DNA from: a virus
Length of the DNA stretch: 62,077 bases
IMG/VR virus record: IMGVR_UViG_3300036861_000916
Coordinates: 1-62,077 of that record
Strand: one strand, 5' to 3'
Of this stretch, positions 1-7,492 are shown in pieces. The notes below the pieces were generated by a model. The model was not told where the DNA came from. It saw only the letters and a program-made list of their open reading frames with translations, and made no database searches. Within the stretch, counting starts at the first letter, position 1; every line of letters starts with the position of its first letter. The position numbers and the translations under genes were made by a program.

Positions 1-112
1 ACGGGTCACCTGCTGGAGGCTCGTGACGACAGCAACGGGAGCCTCTTCACCTTCACGAACATCGGTGATCTGACGTTTAACCGCCGCTCCTCGACGACAG
101 GTGGGCGCCAGG
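1..112. repeat. terminal overlap, copy 1 (identical to 61966..62077)
   Basis: 112/112 nt identity between window start and window end; implies circular or terminally redundant genome with 61,965 bp unique sequence. Confidence 0.95.
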
Positions 113-408
113 TGGCGGACCTCATCGGCGAGTTTGTCGTCAGTACGGACGCCTCGCGAACGGGCCGCTTCAAGCTGCGTGCCACGGACTTCAACGCGAC
201 GCGTGAGGTGCTTCGGGGCGAGGCGGACGGGACGAACCCGAAGATCGGTTTTCTGGGCGCAAATGCCGTCGCGCGGAGCGCGGCTTACACCCCTACCAAT
301 GTTACAACCGACCGTTCATTCGATGCAAACTCGACTACGCTGGATGAAATCGCTGACGTGCTCGGCACGGTCATAGCGGACATGCAGGCCTTCGGTCTGT
401 TTGCATAA
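1..408 (+). CDS. fibre-like structural protein, 3' part (gene starts at 61111 and crosses the circular junction; about 420 aa in total)
   Basis: Frame 1 open from ATG 61111 to window end; 61,965 is divisible by 3 so it continues in frame into 1..408 (track ORF 112..408 is its tail); stop TAA 406..408. Confidence 0.65.
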   Translation, partial: TGHLLEARDDSNGSLFTFTNIGDLTFNRRSSTTGGRQVADLIGEFVVSTDASRTGRFKLRATDFNATREVLRGEADGTNPKIGFLGANAVARSAAYTPTNVTTDRSFDANSTTLDEIADVLGTVIADMQAFGLFA

Positions 409-1421
409 TGGCAAAGCTCGGTCAGGTCAAGTCCGATTTGGATGTCGATGGCATCCTCGGCAAGGGCGCAGCCGGGGGATATGCCGGATTAGACTCCGGT
501 GCCAGGGTCCCGGCGAGTCAACTCGGTGCTGGCGCAGCGGATGCCACCAGGTTCCTGCGAGGCGACCAGGCTTGGGCTGTGCCGCCCGCTGGAGGCAGCC
601 CGCCAACAGGGACAGGCTTCCGGCACGTAACTTCGGGATCCGAGGACGCTGCCGCGAAGTTGGTGGAGAACGCCGATGTCGCCGGCGCGGCGGCCATCGC
701 GGAGAGCAAGCTCGGCCTGAACTTCGCCACGCACTCGAACGCGAACGACCCGAGTGCGGGCGAGAAGGCAGCCCTGGCGGGCACCAGCGGCACCCCGGGG
801 TCGGGGAACAAGTTCGTCACCGACGGCGACGCGCGGAACACGAACTCACGGGCGCCGACGAGCCACGGGGCCAGCCTCCACGACGGCACGGTGGAGGCGA
901 CCGTCAACAAGGGCGCTGCCAGCGGCTATGCCGGATTGGATGCCGGATCGAAGGTGCCGACAGCGCAGCTTGGGGGAGCGGGCGCCGACTCAACCAAATT
1001 CCTGCGAGGTGACCAGTCGTGGGCCGTCCCGCCAGGAGCCGGGGCGGCACGCGAGGATCTGGTAGCGGCATGGGACTCTTCAAGCACGAAGACGAACATC
1101 GGCGCATCGTTCGTGGACGTCTACACGCAGGCGAACTCGGATGGTAAGAGCGTTCAGATCGATACGAACGGGAAGACCAATGTCAAGCTGATGGTGCTCT
1201 GGAACAAGATCGGTTCCGGAACGCAGACGGTGCAGGTGCTGGAGGTGGGGACCGCCAACGTGCTGATCTCGATGGACGTCGTGAATGGCCGCAACGTGAG
1301 CGCGCTCACCGCCATTCCTGCCGCGCTGCAGAACAGCGTGAAGTTCTACAAGCTGCAGGCGAAGTCCACGACTGCGGCGGACGATCCGGTTTTCGAGGGC
1401 GCCAGTATCTACCTGAAGTAA
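408..1421 (+). CDS. tail/head fibre-like protein with internally duplicated GYAGLD...VP..QLG...FLRGDQxWAxPP motif
   Basis: 337-aa ORF, ATG overlaps upstream stop (TAATG); motif repeated at aa ~23-60 and ~172-210; position among virion genes. Confidence 0.6.
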   Translation: MAKLGQVKSDLDVDGILGKGAAGGYAGLDSGARVPASQLGAGAADATRFLRGDQAWAVPPAGGSPPTGTGFRHVTSGSEDAAAKLVENADVAGAAAIAESKLGLNFATHSNANDPSAGEKAALAGTSGTPGSGNKFVTDGDARNTNSRAPTSHGASLHDGTVEATVNKGAASGYAGLDAGSKVPTAQLGGAGADSTKFLRGDQSWAVPPGAGAAREDLVAAWDSSSTKTNIGASFVDVYTQANSDGKSVQIDTNGKTNVKLMVLWNKIGSGTQTVQVLEVGTANVLISMDVVNGRNVSALTAIPAALQNSVKFYKLQAKSTTAADDPVFEGASIYLK

Positions 1422-1454
1422 GGCTTTTCGCTCGATGGATAGGAGGAAAACTCA

Positions 1455-1739
1455 GTGGCGGTTGATACGACGCAGAAAGCGATCAATCTGTGCAGCCGGC
1501 TCGCGGATGCTGCCGACCGGCTGATGATTGCGGTGGAGGACCTGGCCAACCTGAAGGACGAGAAGGAGAGCAGCGGCCTCGTTCTCACCGCAGCGGCGGT
1601 AGAGGACGCTCTGGCTACCTCCTCGCTCAAGCACGCGAGCGGGGCGAACTTCAACAGCGTCATCTCCTCCGGAGCGGCCATCAAGTCATTCATGGAGACC
1701 AACTTCCACGATGATGTGCTTGCTCAGGTCAGGCCCTGA
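1455..1739 (+). CDS. hypothetical protein
   Basis: 94-aa ORF co-oriented in structural operon, GGAGGA upstream of GTG start. Confidence 0.5.
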   Translation: MAVDTTQKAINLCSRLADAADRLMIAVEDLANLKDEKESSGLVLTAAAVEDALATSSLKHASGANFNSVISSGAAIKSFMETNFHDDVLAQVRP

Positions 1740-1764
1740 CACGGCCAGGAGTTAGGAGCTGGAG

Positions 1765-2127
1765 ATGGCAGTCAGTGACAAGCCGTGGAACGGCAGCAGC
1801 GCCAACTACCGCGACGCTGGCGCCTACTGTGACGCCTGCCTCGTCGACACGAATGAGGGCCGCGAGAAGGTTGTCGCCAACTGCAAGCTCCCCGTGAAGG
1901 AGCCCGGCGGTGCCGTGAACCGCAACGCCGCGCACAACGCTGCCGCGCGGATCAATCAGCTTGACGCGCCCGCCGACGCGAAGAAGGCCGCCGCACGCAA
2001 GCTCGTGGCCATCTACCGCCGGGACCTCAAAGAAGAGCCGCCGGAGAGCCTGCTGGGCCTGGCGGGGATGACGAGCAACCGCGCGATGAGCAGCCGGATC
2101 CGGCGCGCCGCGGGGCGCGAGGGGTAA
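1765..2127 (+). CDS. hypothetical virion-module protein
   Basis: 120-aa ORF with AGGAGCTGGAG upstream of ATG; no family recognised. Confidence 0.5.
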   Translation: MAVSDKPWNGSSANYRDAGAYCDACLVDTNEGREKVVANCKLPVKEPGGAVNRNAAHNAAARINQLDAPADAKKAAARKLVAIYRRDLKEEPPESLLGLAGMTSNRAMSSRIRRAAGREG

Positions 2128-2130
2128 CGC

Positions 2131-2838
2131 GTGGCGGTCGTCGGTGACATCATCCGTGCGCTGCTCGTGACGCGCTCCCTGGTGGACGGGAAGGCGAAGG
2201 ACGCCGACGCGCTGCCGACCGCTGTCTTGCGGCGGAATGGGACCGCCAGCGCGGCGATCGTGACCGTCACGGATGTAGGACTGGGACGCTATCTGCTGAC
2301 GGCGACGCTCGCGACCGCGCAGGGCTGGCTCACCGGCGACCATTACGCGATCGACGCGACGTGGACGATGGAGAGCACCGCCGATCAGGTGGAGGTCGTG
2401 CTGCAAGGGCAGATCGCGCCGTTGGTGACGGTCGAGGAGGAGAGCGCGCCGGCGAGTGACCGGACGATCCGCCGCGGCGACACGGTGACGCTGGCGTTCA
2501 CCGGCCTCGGGGACGTGACCGGGCGCACGAAGCTCTGGGTCACGGCGAAGGCGTCAACGGCGCACGATGACGAGCACGCCATCCTCCAGGTGACGGAGGT
2601 GGACGGCCTGACGCGGCTGAACGGCGCGGCGCCGGAGGATGAGACGCTGGCCGCGATAGACGTGACCGACCAGGCGGCAGGCGACCTGGACGTGACTATC
2701 GACGCCGAGGTGACTGCCGAGCTCGTGGCCACCTCGCGGCTGCGCTATGACGTGCAGGTGCTCACGGCTGATGGCGTGTTCACCCTGGCCGAGGGGCTGC
2801 TCGCGATCACGGACGACGTGACGAGGGCGATCGAGTAG
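2131..2838 (+). CDS. hypothetical structural protein
   Basis: 235-aa ORF, tightly packed after previous stop, GTG start. Confidence 0.5.
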   Translation: MAVVGDIIRALLVTRSLVDGKAKDADALPTAVLRRNGTASAAIVTVTDVGLGRYLLTATLATAQGWLTGDHYAIDATWTMESTADQVEVVLQGQIAPLVTVEEESAPASDRTIRRGDTVTLAFTGLGDVTGRTKLWVTAKASTAHDDEHAILQVTEVDGLTRLNGAAPEDETLAAIDVTDQAAGDLDVTIDAEVTAELVATSRLRYDVQVLTADGVFTLAEGLLAITDDVTRAIE

Positions 2839-2846
2839 GAGGGGCT

Positions 2847-3347
2847 GTGGCTTATACCGAGGCGCAGATCCGCGAGTTGATCGTTCGGTTCACGCAGGCG
2901 GACCGGCAGCCGATACTCACGGACACCGAGATCGACAACCTCGTCGCGCGCTCGAAGCGGCAGGACTCTTCGCGCCGCCCGCCGACCGACGCCGCGTGGG
3001 AGCCCACATGGAACATCAACGCCGCCGTCGCTGTCGGCTGGGAGTTGAAGGCGGCGCTCGTCGTGACGGACTTCGACGTCCGCAGCGCCGACCAGGACCT
3101 GAAGCGTAGCCAGATGCACGAGATGTGCCTGCGCCAGGCGGACCGGTGGAAGCGCCGGGTGACGGACAGCGCGCAGCTCGAGGGCAGCCTGCGCCGGAAC
3201 CTGCCGGCGGGCGTGTTCTCCAACGCGAACGACGAGCTGTGGGACGTTGCCGGCGGCTACGGTCCCGTCTGCCGCTGTGGAAATCCCTCCTGCTGCCTCT
3301 GCGGCAGTGGCGAGGCGTCACCAGGCGTTCGTTGGGTAGACGACTAG
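2847..3347 (+). CDS. hypothetical protein (possible head-tail connector component), Cys-rich C-terminus
   Basis: 166-aa ORF, GGAGGGG upstream; position upstream of adaptor genes. Confidence 0.5.
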   Translation: MAYTEAQIRELIVRFTQADRQPILTDTEIDNLVARSKRQDSSRRPPTDAAWEPTWNINAAVAVGWELKAALVVTDFDVRSADQDLKRSQMHEMCLRQADRWKRRVTDSAQLEGSLRRNLPAGVFSNANDELWDVAGGYGPVCRCGNPSCCLCGSGEASPGVRWVDD

Positions 3348-3358
3348 GAGGAGAGGCT

Positions 3359-3709
3359 TTGGCCGAAGAGCTGAATGCGGTACTGATATGCGCTGAGGAG
3401 TTGGTCGTTGAGCTAGTCGGTCCGACGCCGGACGGCACCAAAGAGGCAGTGCTGGTGATGAGGGACCCGTTCGAGGGTTCAACTATTCAGGGCGTCCAGT
3501 TGAAGATCCAATTCACAGGTGACTTGGACCGCTTTCCGGTCGGCAAGGTCTACAGAGGTACGATCAGCATTTGCGAGAAGGTGCCTTCGTGGAGTGTCAG
3601 CATCGCGGATGAGCAGGAGAGCGCGGGCGTGCAGCCGATCCGCGCCAAGTATGGTGTGAAGCCGGCGACGCTCATCGTTGGTCCGCCGCCGAAGCCGGAG
3701 GAGAAGTAG
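3359..3709 (+). CDS. hypothetical protein
   Basis: TTG at 3359 in frame of track ORF 3125..3709, preceded by GGAGGAGAGG; 5' part of the track ORF overlaps the previous gene. Confidence 0.45.
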   Translation: MAEELNAVLICAEELVVELVGPTPDGTKEAVLVMRDPFEGSTIQGVQLKIQFTGDLDRFPVGKVYRGTISICEKVPSWSVSIADEQESAGVQPIRAKYGVKPATLIVGPPPKPEEK

Positions 3710-3710
3710 C

Positions 3711-4175
3711 ATGGCGGACGTCTTCTTTACACACGGCAAGAGGGCAATCGCTGACCAAGCGGCAGCGGACGCGATCAACCTTGTTGGCACGACCGTCAAA
3801 ATTGCCCTGGTCGACTCGACCTACGCGCCCAGTCCAGACGATCAGTTCGTTGATGACGGCAGCGCGAACGATGTCACGAGCCATGAGATCAGCGTCACGG
3901 GCTACACGGGCGGCTTCGGCGGTTCGGGACGGAAGTCCCTCGCTGGCAAGTCGATCACGGCGGACCTCACGAACGACCGCGCCGAGTTCGACGCCACTGA
4001 TGTCACATGGACGGCGCTCGGGACGGGGGCGACGATCGGCGGCGCGGTGCTCATCAAGGAAAGAACCGCCGATACTGACTCGCAGGTCATCGCCTTTTTT
4101 GACCTGACGAACACCCCGACGAACGGTGGAGATGTGACTCTAAGTTTCAACGTAGAAGGGTTGCTTAACTTCTAG
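3711..4175 (+). CDS. hypothetical virion protein
   Basis: ATG 3711 (MADVFF...) in frame of track ORF 3678..4175, GGAGGAGAAG 6 nt upstream. Confidence 0.6.
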   Translation: MADVFFTHGKRAIADQAAADAINLVGTTVKIALVDSTYAPSPDDQFVDDGSANDVTSHEISVTGYTGGFGGSGRKSLAGKSITADLTNDRAEFDATDVTWTALGTGATIGGAVLIKERTADTDSQVIAFFDLTNTPTNGGDVTLSFNVEGLLNF

Positions 4176-4214
4176 AACTCGCGTCGCCCTTCGCGTTACC
4201 GTCGTTCGTAGGAG

Positions 4215-4592
4215 GTGCCCGTGTCCGCCGATATCCCGAACTGGCAGATCGACCAGGCGCGTGAGAGCTTCAACGAGAGCCTGCCCTCCGTGGCGCTCGT
4301 GCAGCACCGCACGTCTGCGAGCGATGGGCGCGGCGGGCAGACGGAGAGCTACGACGCGGGGACCGCACTCGACTGCCGCTTGCTGCAAATGGGTTCGCAG
4401 GAGTCGGCGGGGCGCGAGGAGGCAACGGGGCACGTCGCGAGCTCCTGGTGGAACATCCTGCTGCCGGCGGGTTCCGACGTGCGGACGACGGATCGTATTG
4501 TGATCGATGGTCAGACCTATGAGGTGATCGATCACGGAGACGCGAGGAGCCAGTCGCTGGTGATGAAAGTCGCGGCGCGAAGGGTGAAGTAA
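4215..4592 (+). CDS. head-tail adaptor / head-closure protein (SPP1 gp16-like)
   Basis: 125 aa, GGAGG upstream of GTG, C-terminal ...RIVIDGQTYEVI... pattern and position typical of the family (from memory). Confidence 0.55.
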   Translation: MPVSADIPNWQIDQARESFNESLPSVALVQHRTSASDGRGGQTESYDAGTALDCRLLQMGSQESAGREEATGHVASSWWNILLPAGSDVRTTDRIVIDGQTYEVIDHGDARSQSLVMKVAARRVK

Positions 4593-4595
4593 GGT

Positions 4596-4719
4596 GTGCA
4601 GGGAGGCAGCACCCCCACACGCGTGGGGAAATGTTCGTGGCCCCCGTGTCCACAGGCACGAGCTGCGGTCCACCCCCACAGGCGTGGGGAAATGAGCAAA
4701 CTATGGCGCCTCCCTGCAC
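4596..4719. repeat. 12-bp perfect inverted repeat bracketing the mini-CRISPR array
   Basis: GTGCAGGGAGGC at 4596..4607 and its reverse complement GCCTCCCTGCAC at 4708..4719. Confidence 0.85.
4605..4694 (-). CRISPR. mini-CRISPR array: 29-nt type I-E-like repeat, 32-nt spacer, degenerate terminal repeat
   Basis: Minus strand: CATTTCCCCACGCCTGTGGGGGTGGACCG (4694..4666) / spacer 4665..4634 / CATTTCCCCACGCGTGTGGGGGTGCTGCC (4633..4605); 61-nt period, CCCCAC-N4-GTGGGG stem, 8-nt tail ending ACCG. Confidence 0.7.
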
Positions 4720-4766
4720 GATAGGATTATCGGCTGCGCGCGGCCTCATCTGGAGGGTGACTTCCG

Positions 4767-5123
4767 TTGGCTGCTGATGCCATTACCATCAAACTGGTCG
4801 TCGAGAGCAACAAGCTGACTGGGCTCCCGGCGGCGGTGCGCCGCCGACTTTCACTCGCGGTGCGCAAGGTCGCCGCCGATGTCCAAGCGCGGGCGCAGCA
4901 GGTCGTGCCCGTAGACACGGGGGCCACGAAGAACTCGATCCGGGCAAAGGCGGTCGACGAGCTGACGTCCGAGGTCGTTGTCGGCACCCATTACGCGGCG
5001 TATCTGGAGTTCGGCACGCACAAGATGCCGGCCCGGCCTTATCTGCGGCCCGCGGTGGAGGCGGTGCGGCCCGCGTTCGAGGCGGCGATCGGGCAGGCGA
5101 TCGAGGAGGCGGCGGGCGGATGA
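4767..5123 (+). CDS. HK97 gp10-like head-tail/tail-completion protein
   Basis: 118 aa with VPVDTGATKNSI ... YAAYLEFGT ... ARPYLRPA, the hallmark pattern of the HK97-gp10 family; TTG start. Confidence 0.8.
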   Translation: MAADAITIKLVVESNKLTGLPAAVRRRLSLAVRKVAADVQARAQQVVPVDTGATKNSIRAKAVDELTSEVVVGTHYAAYLEFGTHKMPARPYLRPAVEAVRPAFEAAIGQAIEEAAGG

Positions 5124-5293
5124 GAACGCCAAAGCGGAATATCCTCATCTTCGTCTGCGAACGCTGCAGTCACGAATGGGCGGACGAGGCGACAGGCCGT
5201 CTTGGCGCGAGGCACTGGTGTCCGGTTTGCCATCGCGGGCGTGGCGAGTTTAAGTCTGCTGCGAGGCAGCGGGAGGCGGCGGGCGGTGGCTGA
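5120..5293 (+). CDS. small zinc-ribbon protein (57 aa, below ORF-track cutoff)
   Basis: ATGA overlap with upstream stop; CERC-x17-CPVC; its stop overlaps the GTG 5286 start of the next gene. Confidence 0.4.
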   Translation: MRTPKRNILIFVCERCSHEWADEATGRLGARHWCPVCHRGRGEFKSAARQREAAGGG

Positions 5294-5726
5294 CATCAAT
5301 GAGCTGGGCCTGTGCGCGGAGTTCCTCTTCGAGGAGCTGACCGGGCACGCGCCACTCACCGCGCTCGTTGGCGACCGGGTCTATCGAGACCTCGCGCCGC
5401 CGGGGGCTGCCCTGCCGTATGCCATCTTCTCGTTCGTGGCGGGCTTGGACCGTAACGCGATGGGAAGCCGCTCCATCATCTTCACGCGGCCCTTCTGGGA
5501 CATCAAGGGCGTCACGAAGGGCACCGACAGCACGGCGGCGGACGCCATCGCCGACGCGATCCACGGGGCCGTGAACGGGAAGCAGCGGCTCAATGTGGCC
5601 GACGGCGAGCTAATCGTCCTCGGTTGCCGCAGGGAGAGCCTGATCGAGTTCCCGGAGCTGACCGAGGACCAACTGTATCTGCACCGCGGCGGAGAATACC
5701 GCGTCTTTTGCCACATCAAGCGATAG
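5286..5726 (+). CDS. DUF3168-like tail terminator / tail completion protein
   Basis: GTG 5286 in frame of track ORF 5202..5726, GGGAGG upstream; ...LTALVGDRVYRDLAPPGAALPYAIFSFV... typical of the family; sits just before the major tail gene. Confidence 0.6.
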   Translation: MADINELGLCAEFLFEELTGHAPLTALVGDRVYRDLAPPGAALPYAIFSFVAGLDRNAMGSRSIIFTRPFWDIKGVTKGTDSTAADAIADAIHGAVNGKQRLNVADGELIVLGCRRESLIEFPELTEDQLYLHRGGEYRVFCHIKR

Positions 5727-5736
5727 GGGGTGAACC

Positions 5737-7344
5737 TTGGCTGAGCGGGCGACTGTGTTCGAGACGACTCTTCTGGGGGTGGAGGCGACGCCGGGCGTCG
5801 CCGTCTCCCCCGTCCGGCGACTGCAGGCAACCCAGTTCGAGTGGAGCCCGCAGGTGCCCGTTGAGCCCTTCATCCCAATGGGGAGCAAGGCCGCGACGAC
5901 AGCCGTGCGCCAGAAGGAGTGGACCGAGGGCGACATCACCGGCGTCGTGGCCTTCAACGATCTGATCTACCTGCTCTCCAGCGTGTTGACCTCCGCCACG
6001 CCGACGACGCCGACGGGCGCGACGAACACGCGGCGGTGGCGCTTCTTTCCGGCGAACTACGGCCCCGACACGCCCATCACCTACACGGCACAGAGGGGTT
6101 CCTCCGTGCGCGCGGAGCAGGCGACGCACCTCCTGATCGACGCCTTGACCCTGCGTTTCACGCGCGAGGAAGCGGCCGTCTCCGGTTCCATCCTGGCGCA
6201 GGAGACGCAGGAGAGCGTGACGATCAGCGCCGGGCGCAACGAGGTGCAGCAGGTCACCAAGGGCACGCACACGGGCGGCACGTTCACGCTCACCTTCGAG
6301 ACGCAGACGACAGCCGCGATCGACTGGGACGCGAGCGCCTCGGAAGTGCAGACCGCCCTTGAGGCTCTGTCGAACATCGCCCCTGGCGATGTCGCGGTGA
6401 CCGGCAACGAGCAGGGACCGTGGACGGTGACGTTCACCGGCGCGCTGGCGGCGTCCAACCGCACCCAGATGACCATCGACGGCACGTTGCTGACGGGAGG
6501 CGCCGGCGAGGCGGTGACGACGGTCACGCAGGGCCAGACGCTTTCCAACGTGACCGAGATGCCCGTGGATCCCGACATCGTCAGCGTCTTCATGGGTGAC
6601 GCGCTCACGGACGAGGTGCAGACAGTCACGGTGCAGGCGACGGGCGGCACGTTCGCGCTGTCGTTCACCGATTGGGCGGGCACGACGCACACGACGACGG
6701 CCATCGCCGAGGCAGCAGCCGCCGCCACCGTGCAGACGGCGCTGGAGGCGCTCGCGTGCTTCGTTGTCGGCGACGTGACGGTGACGGGCTCCGCAGGCGG
6801 TCCGTGGACGGTGACGTTCGGCGGGCGCTACTCCGGCAACAACGTGCCCATGCTCGTCGGCGACGGGACACTGCTCACGGGGATCACGGCCCCGGCGATC
6901 GCCGTCGTCCAGACGACCGCGGGCGGGCTCTCGAAGCTGCTGCGGGTCTCCGAGTTCGAGTGGGCCATCGCGGACAGGTTCACGGGTCAGTTCACCCTTG
7001 ACGACGCAGAGCCTTCGTTCAGCGCGGTCGTGGAGCGATCGCCGGGGACTACGGCGCAGATGGTGATGCAGTATGACGCCGACGCAGCGGCCATCATGGC
7101 CAATCTGCGCGCGAAGGACACGAAGTTCCTACGGCTGGAGGCGTGGGGGCCGGTCATCGAGTCGGACTTTCGGTATCGGTTGCGGCTCACGGTGCCGGTC
7201 AAGTTCACCGGGAACGACCAGAGCGACCAGGACGACGTCTACTCGAAGACCTTCGACGCGACGGCGATGTATTCGACCGTGAGCAGCTTCAATGGCTTTG
7301 TCGAGGCGGTCATAGACGCACCCATTGCCGGGCTGGAGGCATAG
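5737..7344 (+). CDS. major tail protein with two inserted tandem ~123-aa domains
   Basis: 535 aa, position between tail terminator and chaperone genes; internal repeat GGTF.L.F...VQTALEAL...GDV.VTG...GPWTVTF. Confidence 0.55.
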   Translation: MAERATVFETTLLGVEATPGVAVSPVRRLQATQFEWSPQVPVEPFIPMGSKAATTAVRQKEWTEGDITGVVAFNDLIYLLSSVLTSATPTTPTGATNTRRWRFFPANYGPDTPITYTAQRGSSVRAEQATHLLIDALTLRFTREEAAVSGSILAQETQESVTISAGRNEVQQVTKGTHTGGTFTLTFETQTTAAIDWDASASEVQTALEALSNIAPGDVAVTGNEQGPWTVTFTGALAASNRTQMTIDGTLLTGGAGEAVTTVTQGQTLSNVTEMPVDPDIVSVFMGDALTDEVQTVTVQATGGTFALSFTDWAGTTHTTTAIAEAAAAATVQTALEALACFVVGDVTVTGSAGGPWTVTFGGRYSGNNVPMLVGDGTLLTGITAPAIAVVQTTAGGLSKLLRVSEFEWAIADRFTGQFTLDDAEPSFSAVVERSPGTTAQMVMQYDADAAAIMANLRAKDTKFLRLEAWGPVIESDFRYRLRLTVPVKFTGNDQSDQDDVYSKTFDATAMYSTVSSFNGFVEAVIDAPIAGLEA

Positions 7345-7463
7345 CGGTGGGGCAGGAAGAGGGGCGCGGCCTCGTCGTCATCGCGACGGCCCTGTTCCTG
7401 CTGTTCATCGTCGCGTATCTGATGGGCTATAAGGAAGGCCGAGGAGGAGATCGATGAGAAGAT

Positions 7464-7488
7464 GGGCCGGCGCGATGACAGCCGGCCC
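7464..7488. terminator. GC hairpin between convergent major-tail gene and minus-strand moron
   Basis: GGGCCGGC (7464..7471) / 9-nt loop / GCCGGCCC (7481..7488). Confidence 0.5.
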
Positions 7489-7492
7489 GACC

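Noticed and set aside
3680-3709. Shared C-terminal KPEEK* in 3359..3709 and 7493..8038 as a sorting or interaction tag
   Set aside because: It is only 5 residues. In the first gene the codons double as the GGAGGAGAAG Shine-Dalgarno of the next gene, so coincidence or RBS constraint is the simpler explanation.
4605-4694. Reading the CRISPR-like repeats on the plus strand (…CCCCACACGCGTGGGGAAATG)
   Set aside because: On the plus strand the 3' handle would be only AAATG and the 5' ends differ. On the minus strand the first repeat ends GTGGACCG like known I-E repeats, and the degeneracy falls at the 3' end of the terminal repeat.
4722-4733. GCCGATAA (minus strand), a sigma-28-type -10 box, about 36 nt upstream of the first CRISPR repeat as the array promoter
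   Set aside because: There is no TAAA -35 at the right distance, and an 8-mer like this is expected about once by chance in the genome. The array promoter remains unidentified.
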